Assembly (NCBI GenBank): GCA_016748015.1
Contig: JAAOMT010000046.1
Span: forward strand, 248,001 to 312,000
DNA: 64,000 nucleotides
Direction of reading: 5' to 3'
Origin: Geosiphon pyriformis uo1
Taxonomy: Eukaryota; Fungi; Glomeromycota
Shown here: positions 1 to 12,575 of the stretch, one piece after another
How positions within the stretch are numbered: position 1 is the first letter of the stretch
Layout: the number at the start of each line of letters is the position of its first letter
Translations under genes and position numbers: made by a program
Notes under the pieces: model-generated
Told to the model about the DNA's origin: nothing
Seen by the model: only the letters and a program-made list of their open reading frames with translations
The model's database searches: none

Positions 1-3000
1 TACCAAGTCTAAACTGAAAACATTGCTCAATGCTTGCATTAAAGCAGCAAACATGCCTGAGGAGTGGAGAGTAGCACAAGTCATACTGATTCCAAAGCCA
101 AAAGAATGGGGTGGCAATATTGACATCACCAGGCTGATCACACTCATTGAAAGCACCAGAAAAATCTTAACAAAGATTCTAACTGTGAGAATATCAAAAG
201 CATGTGAACTCCACAATGTCCTAAAAGGTTACAATACCTCAGTATTAAAGAATACTTCTACAGCAGTGCCTATTCATGTGATTAATGCTGTAGCTGAACA
301 TGCAAGAGAATTTGATAAGGAAGCTTGGTTTACATTTCAGAACATGAAAAAGGCATATGATTTAGTGGGATGGAAACCCATGGAAGCTGCACTAAAGAGG
401 ATTAAGATGAACAATAGGTTTACTGAGCTGTTTGGCTTGATGCACAACAATAGAAGCAACAGGATAATAACTGAATTTGGGTTGAGTGATGAATATCAAG
501 TACAGGATGGACTGGATCAGGGGGAAACAAGCTCACCCATCATGTGGAGAATTTTCTATGACTCCTTACTGTGTGAAGTAAAACAAGCCAATTATAGTCA
601 GGGATACAAACTGACAGCAGCATGGAAAAAGTGGGATAATCAAGTGGATACACAATCTCTGTTGGTGTCAGTGAATCATCTTGTTTTCGTCGATGACACA
701 GTGTGGATAGCTAACTCAAGACAAGGAATGCAAAGTATTTTGGACACAGCCAGCTCCTTTTTTAGAATGGTAGATATTGAGATCAACTTAGGAAAGACTG
801 AGACAATGGTGGTCAGACCCTCTAAAAAGAAATCTTTGATGGTGGAGCCACTAAAATTTGGTCCAAACAAACAAATCTTGAAATTGTTGGATCCATCTAC
901 ATGTACCCGATATTTGGGAGTATGGATCAAAGCAGATGGGAAAAATGAGACTGTTCTAAAAATGATAAGATCTGACATTGAAGCAGTGTGTGCAGTCATC
1001 AGAAAAAAACACATAACTGAGAAACAGGCCATTTACATTTTTAACAGTGTACTTAGTCCAGCTATTGAATTCAGATCTCAGTTGACTCATATTCCTAATA
1101 GCTGGACTAGAAAATGGAATTCAAAGATTTCAGCCACTGTGAAGAAAAAAGCAAAACTCTCAGTAGACTTTCCAGCCAGTGCCATGCATCACTCATCCTA
1201 GTATAACCTGTTCAAGATTGATGATATACAAGCAAAAAGCAAGATCACAGATTTGTTAGTTAGATTGAACAGTGCTAATATTGCTGGAATGGCTACAAAA
1301 ATCAGACTAGCCAACTTGCAGGCACAGAGATGGTCAGCTCATAGTATAATTGAATATCCCACCAATGAATGATCCAAGCCAGGGGTTAATCTTATAGCAA
1401 ACATTATACAGATGATGGAAAAAAAAAACATCTCATTCAAGAGCAATGGTAATACACATGGGATACCTGAATCTTCAAGACCACAGGCGTATTTAATTGA
1501 GTCTATCTTACCTTCAAATGAAACCTACATTAAAGTTAGAAGCTTACTAAGAAAGGAAAACTTGTTGTACTTGCATCAGATACAGAACAATGATGAGTTG
1601 TTGATGACATGGTTGGACTTTACAAGGAAGTACAAACAAAGCGATAGTGGTAGAATTCCCAGATGGTTTAAGATTTTAGAATCTACAATCATTATGGATA
1701 AATACAGAAACATTGATGTAGCACAATGTGAGACATTGGGTATGCACATACTGACTAACCAAATACCAGATGATTTAGAAACAATGCAAAGAGACACTAT
1801 TTACATCCATATCCCTGACACTTTACTATCACAATGGAAGAGTGTACGAGAGAAGTTGAGACTCAGGAAAGAGATAGAAATATCAACAGATGGCTCACTG
1901 GTAAAGGCTGGTTCTGAGGAAGCAAGAGGAGCAGCTGCCTTCATAACACATGGGATAGAGGCTGAATTTGGTATAGCAATTGATGGAACATTGTCATCAA
2001 CAAAAGCAGAGGCAAAGGCTGTATTGCTAGCTTTGGAAGCAGTGCCTTACAGATGTAAACTAATAATAAACATGGATAGTCAAGCAGTGATGGCAATGGC
2101 TCAAAGATGGTTGTCCAAAGATTCTCTCCTGTCTATTAGAAATCAGCTTAAAACCTCAAACTGGCACACATGGAATGCAATCAGAGCGATAATAAGGGAA
2201 AAAAAGATTGACCTCAGCATGAACAAAGTGGCTGCACATACTGGTATATTTGAAAAATGAGAAGGCTGACAAACTAGCCAAAGGATCTACTGCTCTTGAT
2301 ACAATGAGGTGGGCCTACAATGCTAAGGAGACTGCATACATTCTTGTTTGTAGAGGAGTTGAATTGGATCTGAATATCAGGCATTTTCTGAACAAACAGG
2401 CTAGTCTTTAATCAGCTTTAGACTGGATAGGCAACAACAAAGTCCAAGAAACAATAATATCTATAGACCAAGACATAGACTGGATAAGTACAACCAAGAT
2501 TTGGAACTGGGATGGTAAAATGTTATCAGGCTTCACCTCAGCTAATTCTTCAGCAATGTGCACATTTATTATGAAATCATTTCACAACATGCTGCCAACA
2601 GCAGAGGTGCTATACAACAGATGTCCCCATGTATACTTGAATAATCTTTGCAAGACATGTCACAGGGAAGTGGAAACCAACCAGCACTTTTGGAAATGCT
2701 CTTTGAATACCCTAAAGGGCAAGACACTGATTGATGATATAAAAAATAAGTGGATACAGTGCCTTTCAAAGGCTGTGAGAGGGGGACACGAAGCCCAAAA
2801 CACTGATGAGAAGATTGTACTGTCTAAGAAATACATCATGTCAATGTCTAATGTAGATCTGCTATGTAAAAGACTGGTCAATAAGCAATTTGGAAGGATC
2901 AATACCTTTTCTGACATCAACCTAAGGACTAGCAATAAAGTATTGATTAAGGTGTGTAAATGGGCAGTTACTCAAGCAAGGAATAGATTGTGGGGAGAAT

Positions 3001-3384
3001 GTTGCAAACTGTAAACTGAATGGGAAAAAACAATGGGTATTGATAATAGGGTCAAGTGAAATCCAACTGGTGGCTCCAGTGTAGATAGCATTTCAAGGAA
3101 TAGTGGTAGAGTTATTGGTAAACCCATAGTCAAAGTAGGTGATGTTTCTACACAGTGTAATAGTATACTGACTGATGTTTTTTGTGGTAGGAGTACTATG
3201 TGTGATAGTGTAATACCCCATAAATTTGGTTATACTAGTGTGTAGTTAGGCATAACCACTTAGTGGTTAGCCACATCTTGTAATTTAGATTATTGGATGA
3301 GTTGGCTTTATGAAAAGATCATGCTTTGTAAGTGTGGCTAAACTAATAAAAGACCAGCGTGGCTACACGTTAACAAAAAAAAAA
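1..3384 (+). mobile_element. Non-LTR retrotransposon (LINE), 3' part of ORF2 (RT, RNase H, C-terminal zinc knuckle) plus 3' UTR and poly(A); 5' part lies outside the window
   Basis: RT motifs LIPKPK, KAYD, DQGETSSP, FVDD, YLG (23-1201). RNase H STDGS...KAEAKA...MDSQ...KVAAH (1412-2260). CKTCHREVETNQHFWKC knuckle (2520-3014). AATAAA at 3345-3350 and A10 at 3375-3384 abut Gypsy RT sequence. Confidence 0.95.
23..3014 (+). pseudogene. LINE ORF2 (reverse transcriptase-RNase H), disrupted
   Basis: ORFs 23-1201 and 1412-2260 share a frame and are separated by stops. An extra A in the A-run near 2255 shifts the frame to that of ORF 2520-3014. Confidence 0.9.
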
Positions 3385-6300
3385 TGACCAAGGAACTGGA
3401 TAGATTGGCATCCAAAGAAAGATTTGATTGAGTTGATCTTAAGGCCAGCATTTCTGAGCAGGTCAAAAACCTTCTGTAAATGTTCAAGATGTTCATCCCA
3501 GGTTTTTGAATATACCATTATGTCATCCAAGTAAACCAGAACAAAGTTTTCTTTTACTGATTCAAACACTTTATCCATTAGGCATTAAAAAATAGGAGGA
3601 GCATTGGTAAGATCAAAAGGCATGACTGTAAATTCATAGGTGCCATACTTGGTAATGAAAACAGTTTTCTTTCTGCTTTCTGGATCCATCTCTACTTGCC
3701 AGAATCCAGCAGTTAAGTCAATGGTTGAGAAGAAAGCAGCACCATTGAATTTATCTAGCATTGTATCAATTTTGGAGAGTGGATACATGTCTCTTATAGT
3801 GATGGCATTTAATTGGTGGTAGTCAACACAAAAGTGTAGAGTTCCACCTTTCTTAAATACCACTACAACTGGGAAAGCCCATTTACTCTTGGTTTCTTGT
3901 ATAAATCCAAGATCTTTCATCTGGTTTATCTCTTTCTTAATAAATTCATCATTGTGTCAATTGGATTGATAAGGCATCAAATGGATGAGGCAAGTTTCTT
4001 TTGTGGTGATGGTGTGTTGTATTACATGGGTTCATCCAGGAGTATCACCTTCTTTTGAAATTACTGGGCTATTTCTAGCCAACAGATTTTCAATGTCCAC
4101 TTTTCTTTCTTCAGGAGAAGGTTCTCTTTGTTTTACAACTAATAATTAGATTTCAGGTGGTTCATTCTCAAAGGTTTTTTGTACTTTAAGTTTTTCTTGA
4201 GGTATCAAGCTAATTGGTTCCCAATCTTTGTAATAGATCAGGCAGAATTTGCATTCATCACTTGGTGAATACAAAAGTTTATTACACTAGCACTGTGCAC
4301 AAGAACCATGCCACCAATAACTGTATTTGGCTTTTTTGCCAGGTTTTTTGTCAAAGATTCTTCTGAAGATATCATAGTAAGGCCAGCAGATCAGCTTGCC
4401 ATTCACCATGATTCCTTTTTTGTCAGCTTTAACATTGTCCAGTGGCTTGCTATTGCTGGTGAAAATAGTATAGGCAAGTTCAACAGTTTCTTTTTGTTCT
4501 TCTTGATCTTTATCATTGCTTTCATTATCATCTGATTCATCTGATTGTTCTTCTTCTTGGTTCTGTTGGGTTACTGGAGGAGTTGTCCAATAACAGCACT
4601 TAACCACAATGGGTTTTTCACCATATCTGATGGTTAGTTCACAAAGTTCATAATCAAGCAAGGCTTTTGCTTTCTTGAGCCATTCATTGCCAACTATTAT
4701 GGTGTATTCTTTTGCTTCAGATACTTCCATGTCAGTTTCAATGCTAATGCCATTGGTTCGGACAGGAACAGCTTTGGCTATGCTCAGACTTTTCTTTTTG
4801 TCACCATGTACATTGGTCATTGGTCTTGTGGATGGTTCATCAATTTTTCTGCCAATTGCTTCTAAAAAGTGTTTGGCAATAACACTAACAGATGATCCAC
4901 TGTCCAGCATCAAATCAATAAAGTAGCCAGCCACTTGGGCTTTGCAAATCAGAGAAGTAACATTGCTGTTGTCAGCAAGTCCAGCTTGACAAGGACACTT
5001 GTTGGTTTTTGGTGTCTTCTTCTTTGGTATTAATGATTTGTGAAGGTTTTTTCTGAATTGGGGATGGGTCATTAACTGGCCAAAGGTAATGTGAGCAGGA
5101 GGTTCTAACTTTGGAGGATTTTTAAAAACTTTAGCTTTTGGTAGCTCATTGTTATCAGCAGTTGATGTGGAGGCTTTCTTTGGATCTATAACGAAATCAA
5201 CCTTGGCTTTCTTCTTCTTTCTTGTTGGTTCAGAAGTGTTGATTGCTAGTTCATCCATGTCATGGTCATCATCAGTTAGATTAAAAGCATAAAAGGGGTT
5301 TTCTTCTGGTTGGCTTGCACTTTCACCATTTGAAGGTGCACTTACCAGTTTAAAGACTGATAAACAGTGGCTTTCACTAGGGGATTCTCTCCAAAGAAAT
5401 TGATGTTGGCATGATTGGATCTTTGATTGAGAACATTATTATTGTTGGGTCTGTTATTCTGAGTGTCATTATTTCTAGAAGCTGGAAGAGGCAATGAAGG
5501 ATTGTCACAGTCTCTTAAGAAGTGTTCAGTTAGCCCACAGTAATAGCACACAGGTGGGCTGCAATTTTGCTGTCTTTGATATGGTGGTTGTTGAGGCTAA
5601 TTGAAGTGGGGTTCAAATCTGGGTCTTTGGAGTTGTTGATTTTCTCTAACTGCTTGGGCCAAAGATTCCAGTAGCTGGGCAAGATTAGCTGTGAGTCTAT
5701 CTATTAACTGTTTATTTGGGTCTTGAGTTTGGGCAGCAAAAGAGGCAGCAGCCATTTGTGAAGCTGGAGCCATGGCAGGAGCAAAAGCAAAAACTGGAAG
5801 TGTGGATCCCAAATGCATCCTTTGGTTATCTTTAATTCTTTGTGCCAGTTCAATAGCCATGCTATTGTTGGGTTGTCTTTTAAAGCCAAGAGAGACCAAA
5901 AAGCATACAATAGATCAGTTTTTAATCCTTTTGTGAAGGAATGGATCTTTTGCTCTTCTGTCCAGTTTCTCCTGAAGTCTACATGTTTGATTAGCTTTCT
6001 GATAGCTTTGGCATATTCAGTTACTACTTCTCCAATTCCATGTGCCATTTGGATATTAATATTGGAGTTCTGAACTTGGTCTCAAACTGATTAGTGAAAA
6101 AGGTATTTTTTTCTCCAGCATTGGTTGGTGTCCATTTGATTATTTGGTGTTGAGCATTGGCATCTGTTTCTTGTGAGAACCAGGTAGCAGGAGAGCCTTG
6201 GAGATAGCCACCAATGATTTGGAACTTGTATTTTTCATCATACTAGTTGGCTGTGGCAGCTCTCTCAAAATCATCCAACCATTCAATTGGATCTTGTGTA

Positions 6301-7258
6301 TCACCTTTAAATAGTGGTAGTGGAGTATTGTTTCTTCTTCATAGAGCAGTTTGTATATCTTGGAGGGCGGCCAGAATGTTTGCTTGCATGGGGTCATTAG
6401 CCATTGGTTCAGGGGTAACTGTTTGTATAGATGAGTTTGATTTGCTTAATAAAAAGTCAAAAACAGGAGCAGTTTGGTAGCTTTCTTCTTCTGTTTCAAA
6501 GGAAGTTTCAGTTGATTGATGGGCAGCAATTCAAGTATGGATTTGATGATTCAGATATTCGAAATCAAAGAGCTGTTGTTCAAAGGTTGTGGAATATAAA
6601 AGCTGATTAATGCTGTTGTTTCTTTCTACAAAGTTGTCTTTAAAATAAGCTTGATCAAAGTAATAAGTTGTATAGGCTGTATAAATTTCAGCTGAATGCT
6701 TATTCAAGAACCAGTTCCAAAAATCTTGGAATTGTTTGCTGGATTGTTCTTTAATGGGGAAGCAAATCAAGCAGGAAGGCAAAGGATTGAGTTCAATAAT
6801 GTCTAGATTGTTTTTGTTGTGTGCTTTAAAGTGTTCTTCTGATTGTTGTGGCAGGTATGAATAATCACCCATACAATAGGAAACAAAGTGGATTTTGACA
6901 ATTTTACAGGGAACACCACTTTTATGTTATGGGTTGGAGTAACAAGCTAACAAATAGTAAGGGAGAACAGGATTGTAAGGTGATGGAAATAATCAAAAGG
7001 GAATTTAACTTCAAAGAGCAAATTGAATAAGTATGGATTCAATGTGTGAAATCAGTTTTATAAAATATCTCAGTTGCTATTCTTTTCAAAAAGTAATTGG
7101 GGAATCTGAAGGTAGAGGGATAGTCCATACTGTCAACAAATGATCACACTTGATATAATTCTATGTTTCACATCAGCACTCTTAGAATTCAATATCAAGT
7201 ATCAGATGTGCTCTTTAGTCATGTTTTATTCAATAATCTTCAAATGCTACACTTATAC
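3385..7258 (-). mobile_element. Ty3/Gypsy family A copy A1: gag, protease, N-half of RT and partial 5' LTR (6925-7258); cut by the LINE on the left and by A2 on the right
   Basis: Gag CCHC-derived CYYCGLTEHFLRDC, protease LDSGS, RT VYLDD. Decayed PBS at ~6901-6918. LTR terminus TGTTATGGGTTGG at 6925. Confidence 0.92.
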
Positions 7259-10200
7259 TGTTACAAGTTGGAGTAACAAGCTAACAGATAGCAAGGGAGA
7301 ACAGGATTTAGGGTGATGGAAATAATCAAAAAGAATTTCAACTTTAAAGAGCAAATTAAATGAGTATGGATTCAATGTGCAAGATCAGTCTCATAAAATA
7401 TCTTAGTTGCTATTCTTTTCAAAGATAACTGGGGAATCTGAAGGTAGAGAGATAGTCCATACTGTCAACAATTAATCACCACTGGTATAATTTTATGCCT
7501 CATGTTAGCACTCTTAGAATTCAATATCAGGTATCAACTTGTGCTTTTCAGTCACGTTTATTCAAATAATCTTCAAATGCTACAATTATATACGTCAGGA
7601 AAAGGCCAACAAGTAATCTTTTATCTTTAAGATATTTAGATACTTGAAGGTAGGGAAAGGGAAATTAGCAATAAGAGAAGGATTGAGATAAAAGTTGTTA
7701 TTTTATTTATTCTTGATTATTCAGATACTTGTTATTACATGCTTTTCTACAGCTAAAAGATTCATTACTTATATAGCTATCAAAAATAGTCAATAATCAG
7801 GTCAACAGTTAGGTTATTGATTAGGTCAATAATCACTTTCTAAAAATAATGTGGCTAATCATATGACATCAGTGGCTAATACATGTGATAATTAATAAGA
7901 AATATATGTCTTAACTATAACATTATCCTTTTCAAAGAGATTGAGCTTTGGCAAAATCAAGCTATTTATAGTGTAATCTATTTGAAGAGTTTTATCTAAC
8001 TCAAAGCTTACTAATTTATTGAAGTCTTTTGTAGATAGGGTGTATAATACTTGAGGTGAAATGAGTTTTGTATCCAAGAGACCAAATTTTTGTATTAGAG
8101 TTTTGGCTCTTCTAGCAATGGTTAAAACTCTTGGAACATCTAATTGTATAATGCCCAAAATTTCTGCCTGTATCTCTGAAGTTGTTTTCTTCATGAGCTT
8201 TATGTCATCTATAATTTCACCAAGGCAACCATAGAGCTCTAGTTGTCTTTCATATGACAAGTTTTTGTCTATAGGTAAGATTCTTTTAATTGTTTTTTCA
8301 AGTATGGTGGAAGGTACGAGTATTGCTATTGTTATACTTTCTAGCAGATATTTATTTATTTTGCTACCAATTCTTTCTCTTCTGGTAGTTGTTTTCTTTA
8401 GACTAATAACAGTATGTGTTTCACTGCTATCAGTTATGGTGGTCTGTTTTTCAATGGTCAAAGTAACATTTGGATAGTTTTTAATCCAATACTCATAGAG
8501 AGTATAGGAGGCATTTTGAATGTTTTAATTCAGAAAATAATTGTTTATGTCAATTGAAGATACCTCTGTTTTGGAAATGGTGCATTTATTTATACTTGAT
8601 TTTTGTTGATCATTTGAGTTGGTATTATCACAACAGACAACCAATCAGGTTGTTTGTGGTATTTCTTGAGTCATGTGTTATGAACAGGTTGATTATTAAA
8701 GATTGTTCCAGATTGATCTTGTAAGATATAAAAACCATTGTTCAGAACTTTGTTGACTATAAAGGGTCCTTTCCATTGGCTAGATAATTTATCACCATAG
8801 ACATTATCTTTGTCTGAACGGTATTCCAAAACCAAGTCACCAATGCTTAAGGAAAGTGTTTTATAGGTTTTCTTTTTCTTAAGCTTCTCTTGGAACTGTT
8901 TTATCTTTTCAAAGGCAATTATCCATGCCTCTACCAATGAGTCAAGAATGGTACCAAGTCTTCTTTGCAAAATGTCTTTGTAATTCCCTATTGTGATTTC
9001 TTCAAAGGGTATTGTCTCAATATCAGTTTCTATTGGTAGTGTTGCCATTTGTCCATAGAGCAGGTAAAAGGGTTTATAACTTGTTATGTCATGATTCACA
9101 GTTCTATAAGCAAACAAAGCTGAAGACAGTACTTTGTCCCATAAGTTTGTTTCTTCACTTGTTTTGGCTAAGGTTTCACACAGTGTTCTATTAAAACGTT
9201 TCACTAGGCCATTTGTTTGGAGGTGATAAGGGGAGGAAAGTTTGTGACGTATTCCCATTTTTCTACAAAGTTTTTCAACCAGTGTACTGAGAAAAGCTCT
9301 TCCTCTATCAGATAAAAGTTCTCTGGAGCAGCCATGGCAACAAATGATATCTTCATAAATGAAATTAGCAATGGAAACTGCTGTTTGATCTGGGGTGGCT
9401 CTTGCTTCTACCCACTTTGTAAGATAGTTAGTAGCTGTGATAATGTATTTGTTGCCATCAGGAGTTACTGTTAATGGTCCAACAACATCTATACCAATTC
9501 TGTCAAAGGGTTGGCCAACAGAGATTGGATGGATGTCTTTTTTTGCAGATTTTAATGTACTCAGCAATGTCTTTTTCCAAGATAGGCCAATAATAGTGAG
9601 CTAGAGTTTTCTGAATTGTTTTTGTTTTTCCAAAGTGTCCAGCTAATGGATCAGTGTGCATGTTATAGATCACAATTTCTCTTTTTTCAAATCTTATAAC
9701 TCTCTGGAGGTGGTCAGGATCTTTTCTGTTTTTTTTGTATAGTTGGTTCTGGTAGATCAAATAGAAATTTGATTGTTTGTACAAATGTTTTCTTTGCTGT
9801 CGATTGTATTCCAGTAGGTATTGTCCTTTACCCAAAAATTCCATTAAGGCAGAGTAGTTGTCCAAGTCCATTATTGTGTTTGATTGTGAGAGAATTACTA
9901 ATAACTAGGTTGGTTTAGTTTGAGGTAGTTGTACTGTCACTGGATGGTAAGTCTAGAAAGAGCATTGGTGTTTTGATGATGTGCTCCTTTGCAATGTTGA
10001 ATGTCATAGTTGAATTCATCTAAGTGGAGTATCCAGTAAGTTATTCTTTTATCTGTTACCACCAAAAACTTTACCCCCAGGAGATACTTATCCCAGTAAC
10101 TAGTAGCCCAGACTACTGCTAAGCATTTCTGCTTAGTAACTAAATAGTTCTGTTCTGCTGGTATAAGGGTTCTACTGGTATATGCTATTGTATGTTCTCT

Positions 10201-11183
10201 GCCATCTTCATCTTTTTGTGACAGGACAGCACCAAGTCCATAACCAGATGCATCAGTATGAAGGATAAAAGGTTGATCCAGATCAGGTTGCTTGAGAATA
10301 GGTTCTGTAACCAATTTTTCTTTGAGGGTTTCAAATGCTTTCTGCTGATGTGTACCCCAGTAGTAATTAACGTTTTTCCTAAGTAGCTGATTGAATGGAG
10401 AGGCAATTTTGGAAAAATTCTTGACAAATTTCTGATAATAAGAAGCCAAACCAAGGAAAGAGCACAGTTCATGAACATTCATTGGTTGTCTAATGTTCTA
10501 GACTTTTTTAACCTTGGCTGGGTCAGGAAAAATTCCATCCTTTATAATAAGATGGCCAAGAAATTGGGTTGATTGCTGTCCAAAGAAAGATTTGATTGGG
10601 TTTATCTTAAGGCCAGCATTTCTAAGAAGGTCAAAAACCTTTTGCAAATGTTCAAGATGTTCATCCCAGATTTTTGAGTACACTATTATGTCATCCAAAT
10701 AAACCAGAACAAAATTTTCTTTTACTGATTCAAATACTTTGTCTATTAAGCATTAAAAGGTGGGAGGAGCATTGGTGAGACCAAAAGGCATGACTGTAAA
10801 TTCATAGGTACCATACTTGGTTATAAAGGCAGTTTTCTTCCGACTTTCTGGATCCATCTCTACTTGCCAAAATCCAGCAGTTAGATCAATGGTTGAGAAG
10901 AAAGCAGCACCCTTGAATTGATCTAGCATTGCATCAATTTTGGGAAGTGAGTATATGTCTTTTTCAGTGATGGCATTTAATTGGCAATAATCTACACAGA
11001 AGCACAGGGTTCCACCTTTCTTGGATACCACTACAACTGGGAAAGCCTATTCACTCTTGGTTTTTTGTATGAATCCAAGATTCTTCATTTGTTTTATTTA
11101 TTTCTTGATGAACTCATCATTGTGGCGATTGGATTGATATGGTTTTAGATAGATAGAGTGAGTTTCTTTGGTGATGATAGTAT
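7259..11183 (-). mobile_element. Gypsy family A copy A2: 3' LTR (7259-7922), ORF3, integrase, RNase H, RT; truncated at 11183 by A3
   Basis: LTR runs TGTTAC...TATAACA, followed by the PPT complement TTATCCTTTTC. Integrase IGIDVVGP/LSDRG/GPF motifs, RNase H TDASG, RT fragments. Confidence 0.92.
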
Positions 11184-11701
11184 TGTTACAGGTTGGAGTA
11201 ACAAGCTAACGGATAGCAAGGGAGAACAGTATTGTAGGGTGATGGAAATAAACAAAGAAGGAATTACAATAAGAGAGCGAATTGAATAAGTAGGAATTCA
11301 ATGTGTGTGATCAGTCTCATAAAAATCACAGTCACTAATTTTTTCTTAAATCTGAAGGTAGAAGAATAGTCTGTGATTGTCAACAAGATAACACCGCTGC
11401 TATTATTCTATGCTTCAACTCGGTGATTCTTAGAATCAATAACAGGTATCGTTGTACTTTTCAATTATTTCTTTATTCAATGAATTACAAGAGCAAGCCA
11501 ATTGCTTCTCAGGCTAATTCTAACAAATACAAATCAAGAAAGGGAAAAGATAAGGTATGTGAATGCCAACAAGTAGATACTTGAAGGTAAGGAAAGGGGA
11601 ATAAGCGATTATGAGAGGAAGTAATTAATATTGTTTATTTCGTTACTTTAATCATGTCTTTCTACAGCTAAGGGAATCATCGCTTATATAGCTATCTAAA
11701 G

Positions 11702-11822
11702 TGGTCAATGACCAGGTCAACGATCAGGTCAATGATCAGGTCAACAATTAGGTCAATAATCAGGTCAATAATCAGGTCAATGATCAGGTCAACGGTCAGG
11801 TCATTGATCAAGTCAATGATCA
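11702..11822. repeat. 12-bp tandem repeat (GGTCAAYGATCA)x10 in the U3 of the family A LTR, just upstream of a TATATAAG box (11683-11690, minus strand)
   Basis: Counted directly: 4 units in the A2 LTR, 10 and 6 in the A3 LTRs, 8 in the A4 LTR. Confidence 0.92.
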
Positions 11823-11878
11823 CTATCTAAAAATAGGGTGGCTAATTATATGACATTAGTGGCTAATACATGTGATAA

Positions 11879-12534
11879 TTAATAAAAACTATGTGTTTTA
11901 ACCATAACATTATTCTCTCCAAAGAGATTGAGCTCCGGCAAAATCAAACTATTTATGGGATAGTCTATGTGAAGAGTTTTGTCTAACTCAAAACTAACTA
12001 GTTTGTTGAAGTCTTTTGTGGATAGAGTATATAGTACTTGAGGCGAAATAAGCTTTGTATCCAAGAGACCAAATCTTTGTATTAGAGTTCTGGCTCTTCT
12101 AGCAATGGTCAAAACTCTTAGGACATCCAATCATATAATGCCCAAAATTTCCACTTGTATCTCTGAAGTTGTTTTCTTCATGAGCTTCATGTCTTCTATG
12201 ATTTCACCAAGACAACCATAGAGTTCTAATTGTCTTCCATATGACAAGTTTTTGTCTATGGGCAAAATTTCTTGTATTGTTTTTCCAATTGTGCTGGAAG
12301 GTGAAAGTATCATTGCTGTTATGCTTTCCAGCAGGTATTTATTTATTTTGCCACCAATTTTTTTTCTTCTGGTAGTTGTTTTCTTGGTCTAATAACAGTG
12401 TGAATTTCACTGTTGTCTGTTATAGTGGTTTGTTTTCTGATAGTCAGAGTAGCATTTGGATAGTTCTTGATCCAGTACTCATAGAGAGTATAGAAAGCAT
12501 TTTGAATGTTTTGATCCAGGAAATAATTGTTCAT
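11879..12534 (-). pseudogene. Family A ORF3 (~220 aa, unknown function) between integrase and 3' LTR; also at ~7892-8550, ~18641-19286 and ~48481-49137
   Basis: The same peptide (MNNYFLDQNIQNAFY...RQLELYGCLGEII...TIARRAKTLIQKFGLLDTKLISPQVLYTLS...THSFY*) is recoverable in four copies. The stop codon lies inside the LTR. Confidence 0.8.
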
Positions 12535-12575
12535 GTCGATTGAAGATACCTCTGTTTTGGGAATGGTGCATTTAT

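Noticed and set aside
4308-4926. Recurrent antisense ORFs (MSHSLPT..., MAVAALS..., MPYLVMK...) in several copies
   Set aside because: They are shadows of the conserved gag/pol codons, mostly with non-ATG starts. Their recurrence simply reflects repeat copies.
7892-8461. ORF3 as an envelope gene (endogenous retrovirus)
   Set aside because: No signal peptide, fusion peptide or transmembrane anchor is visible.
9930-9945. Stop-codon readthrough joining RNase H to integrase
   Set aside because: Integrase is in a different frame and further stops follow. The TGA may be a decayed CGA.
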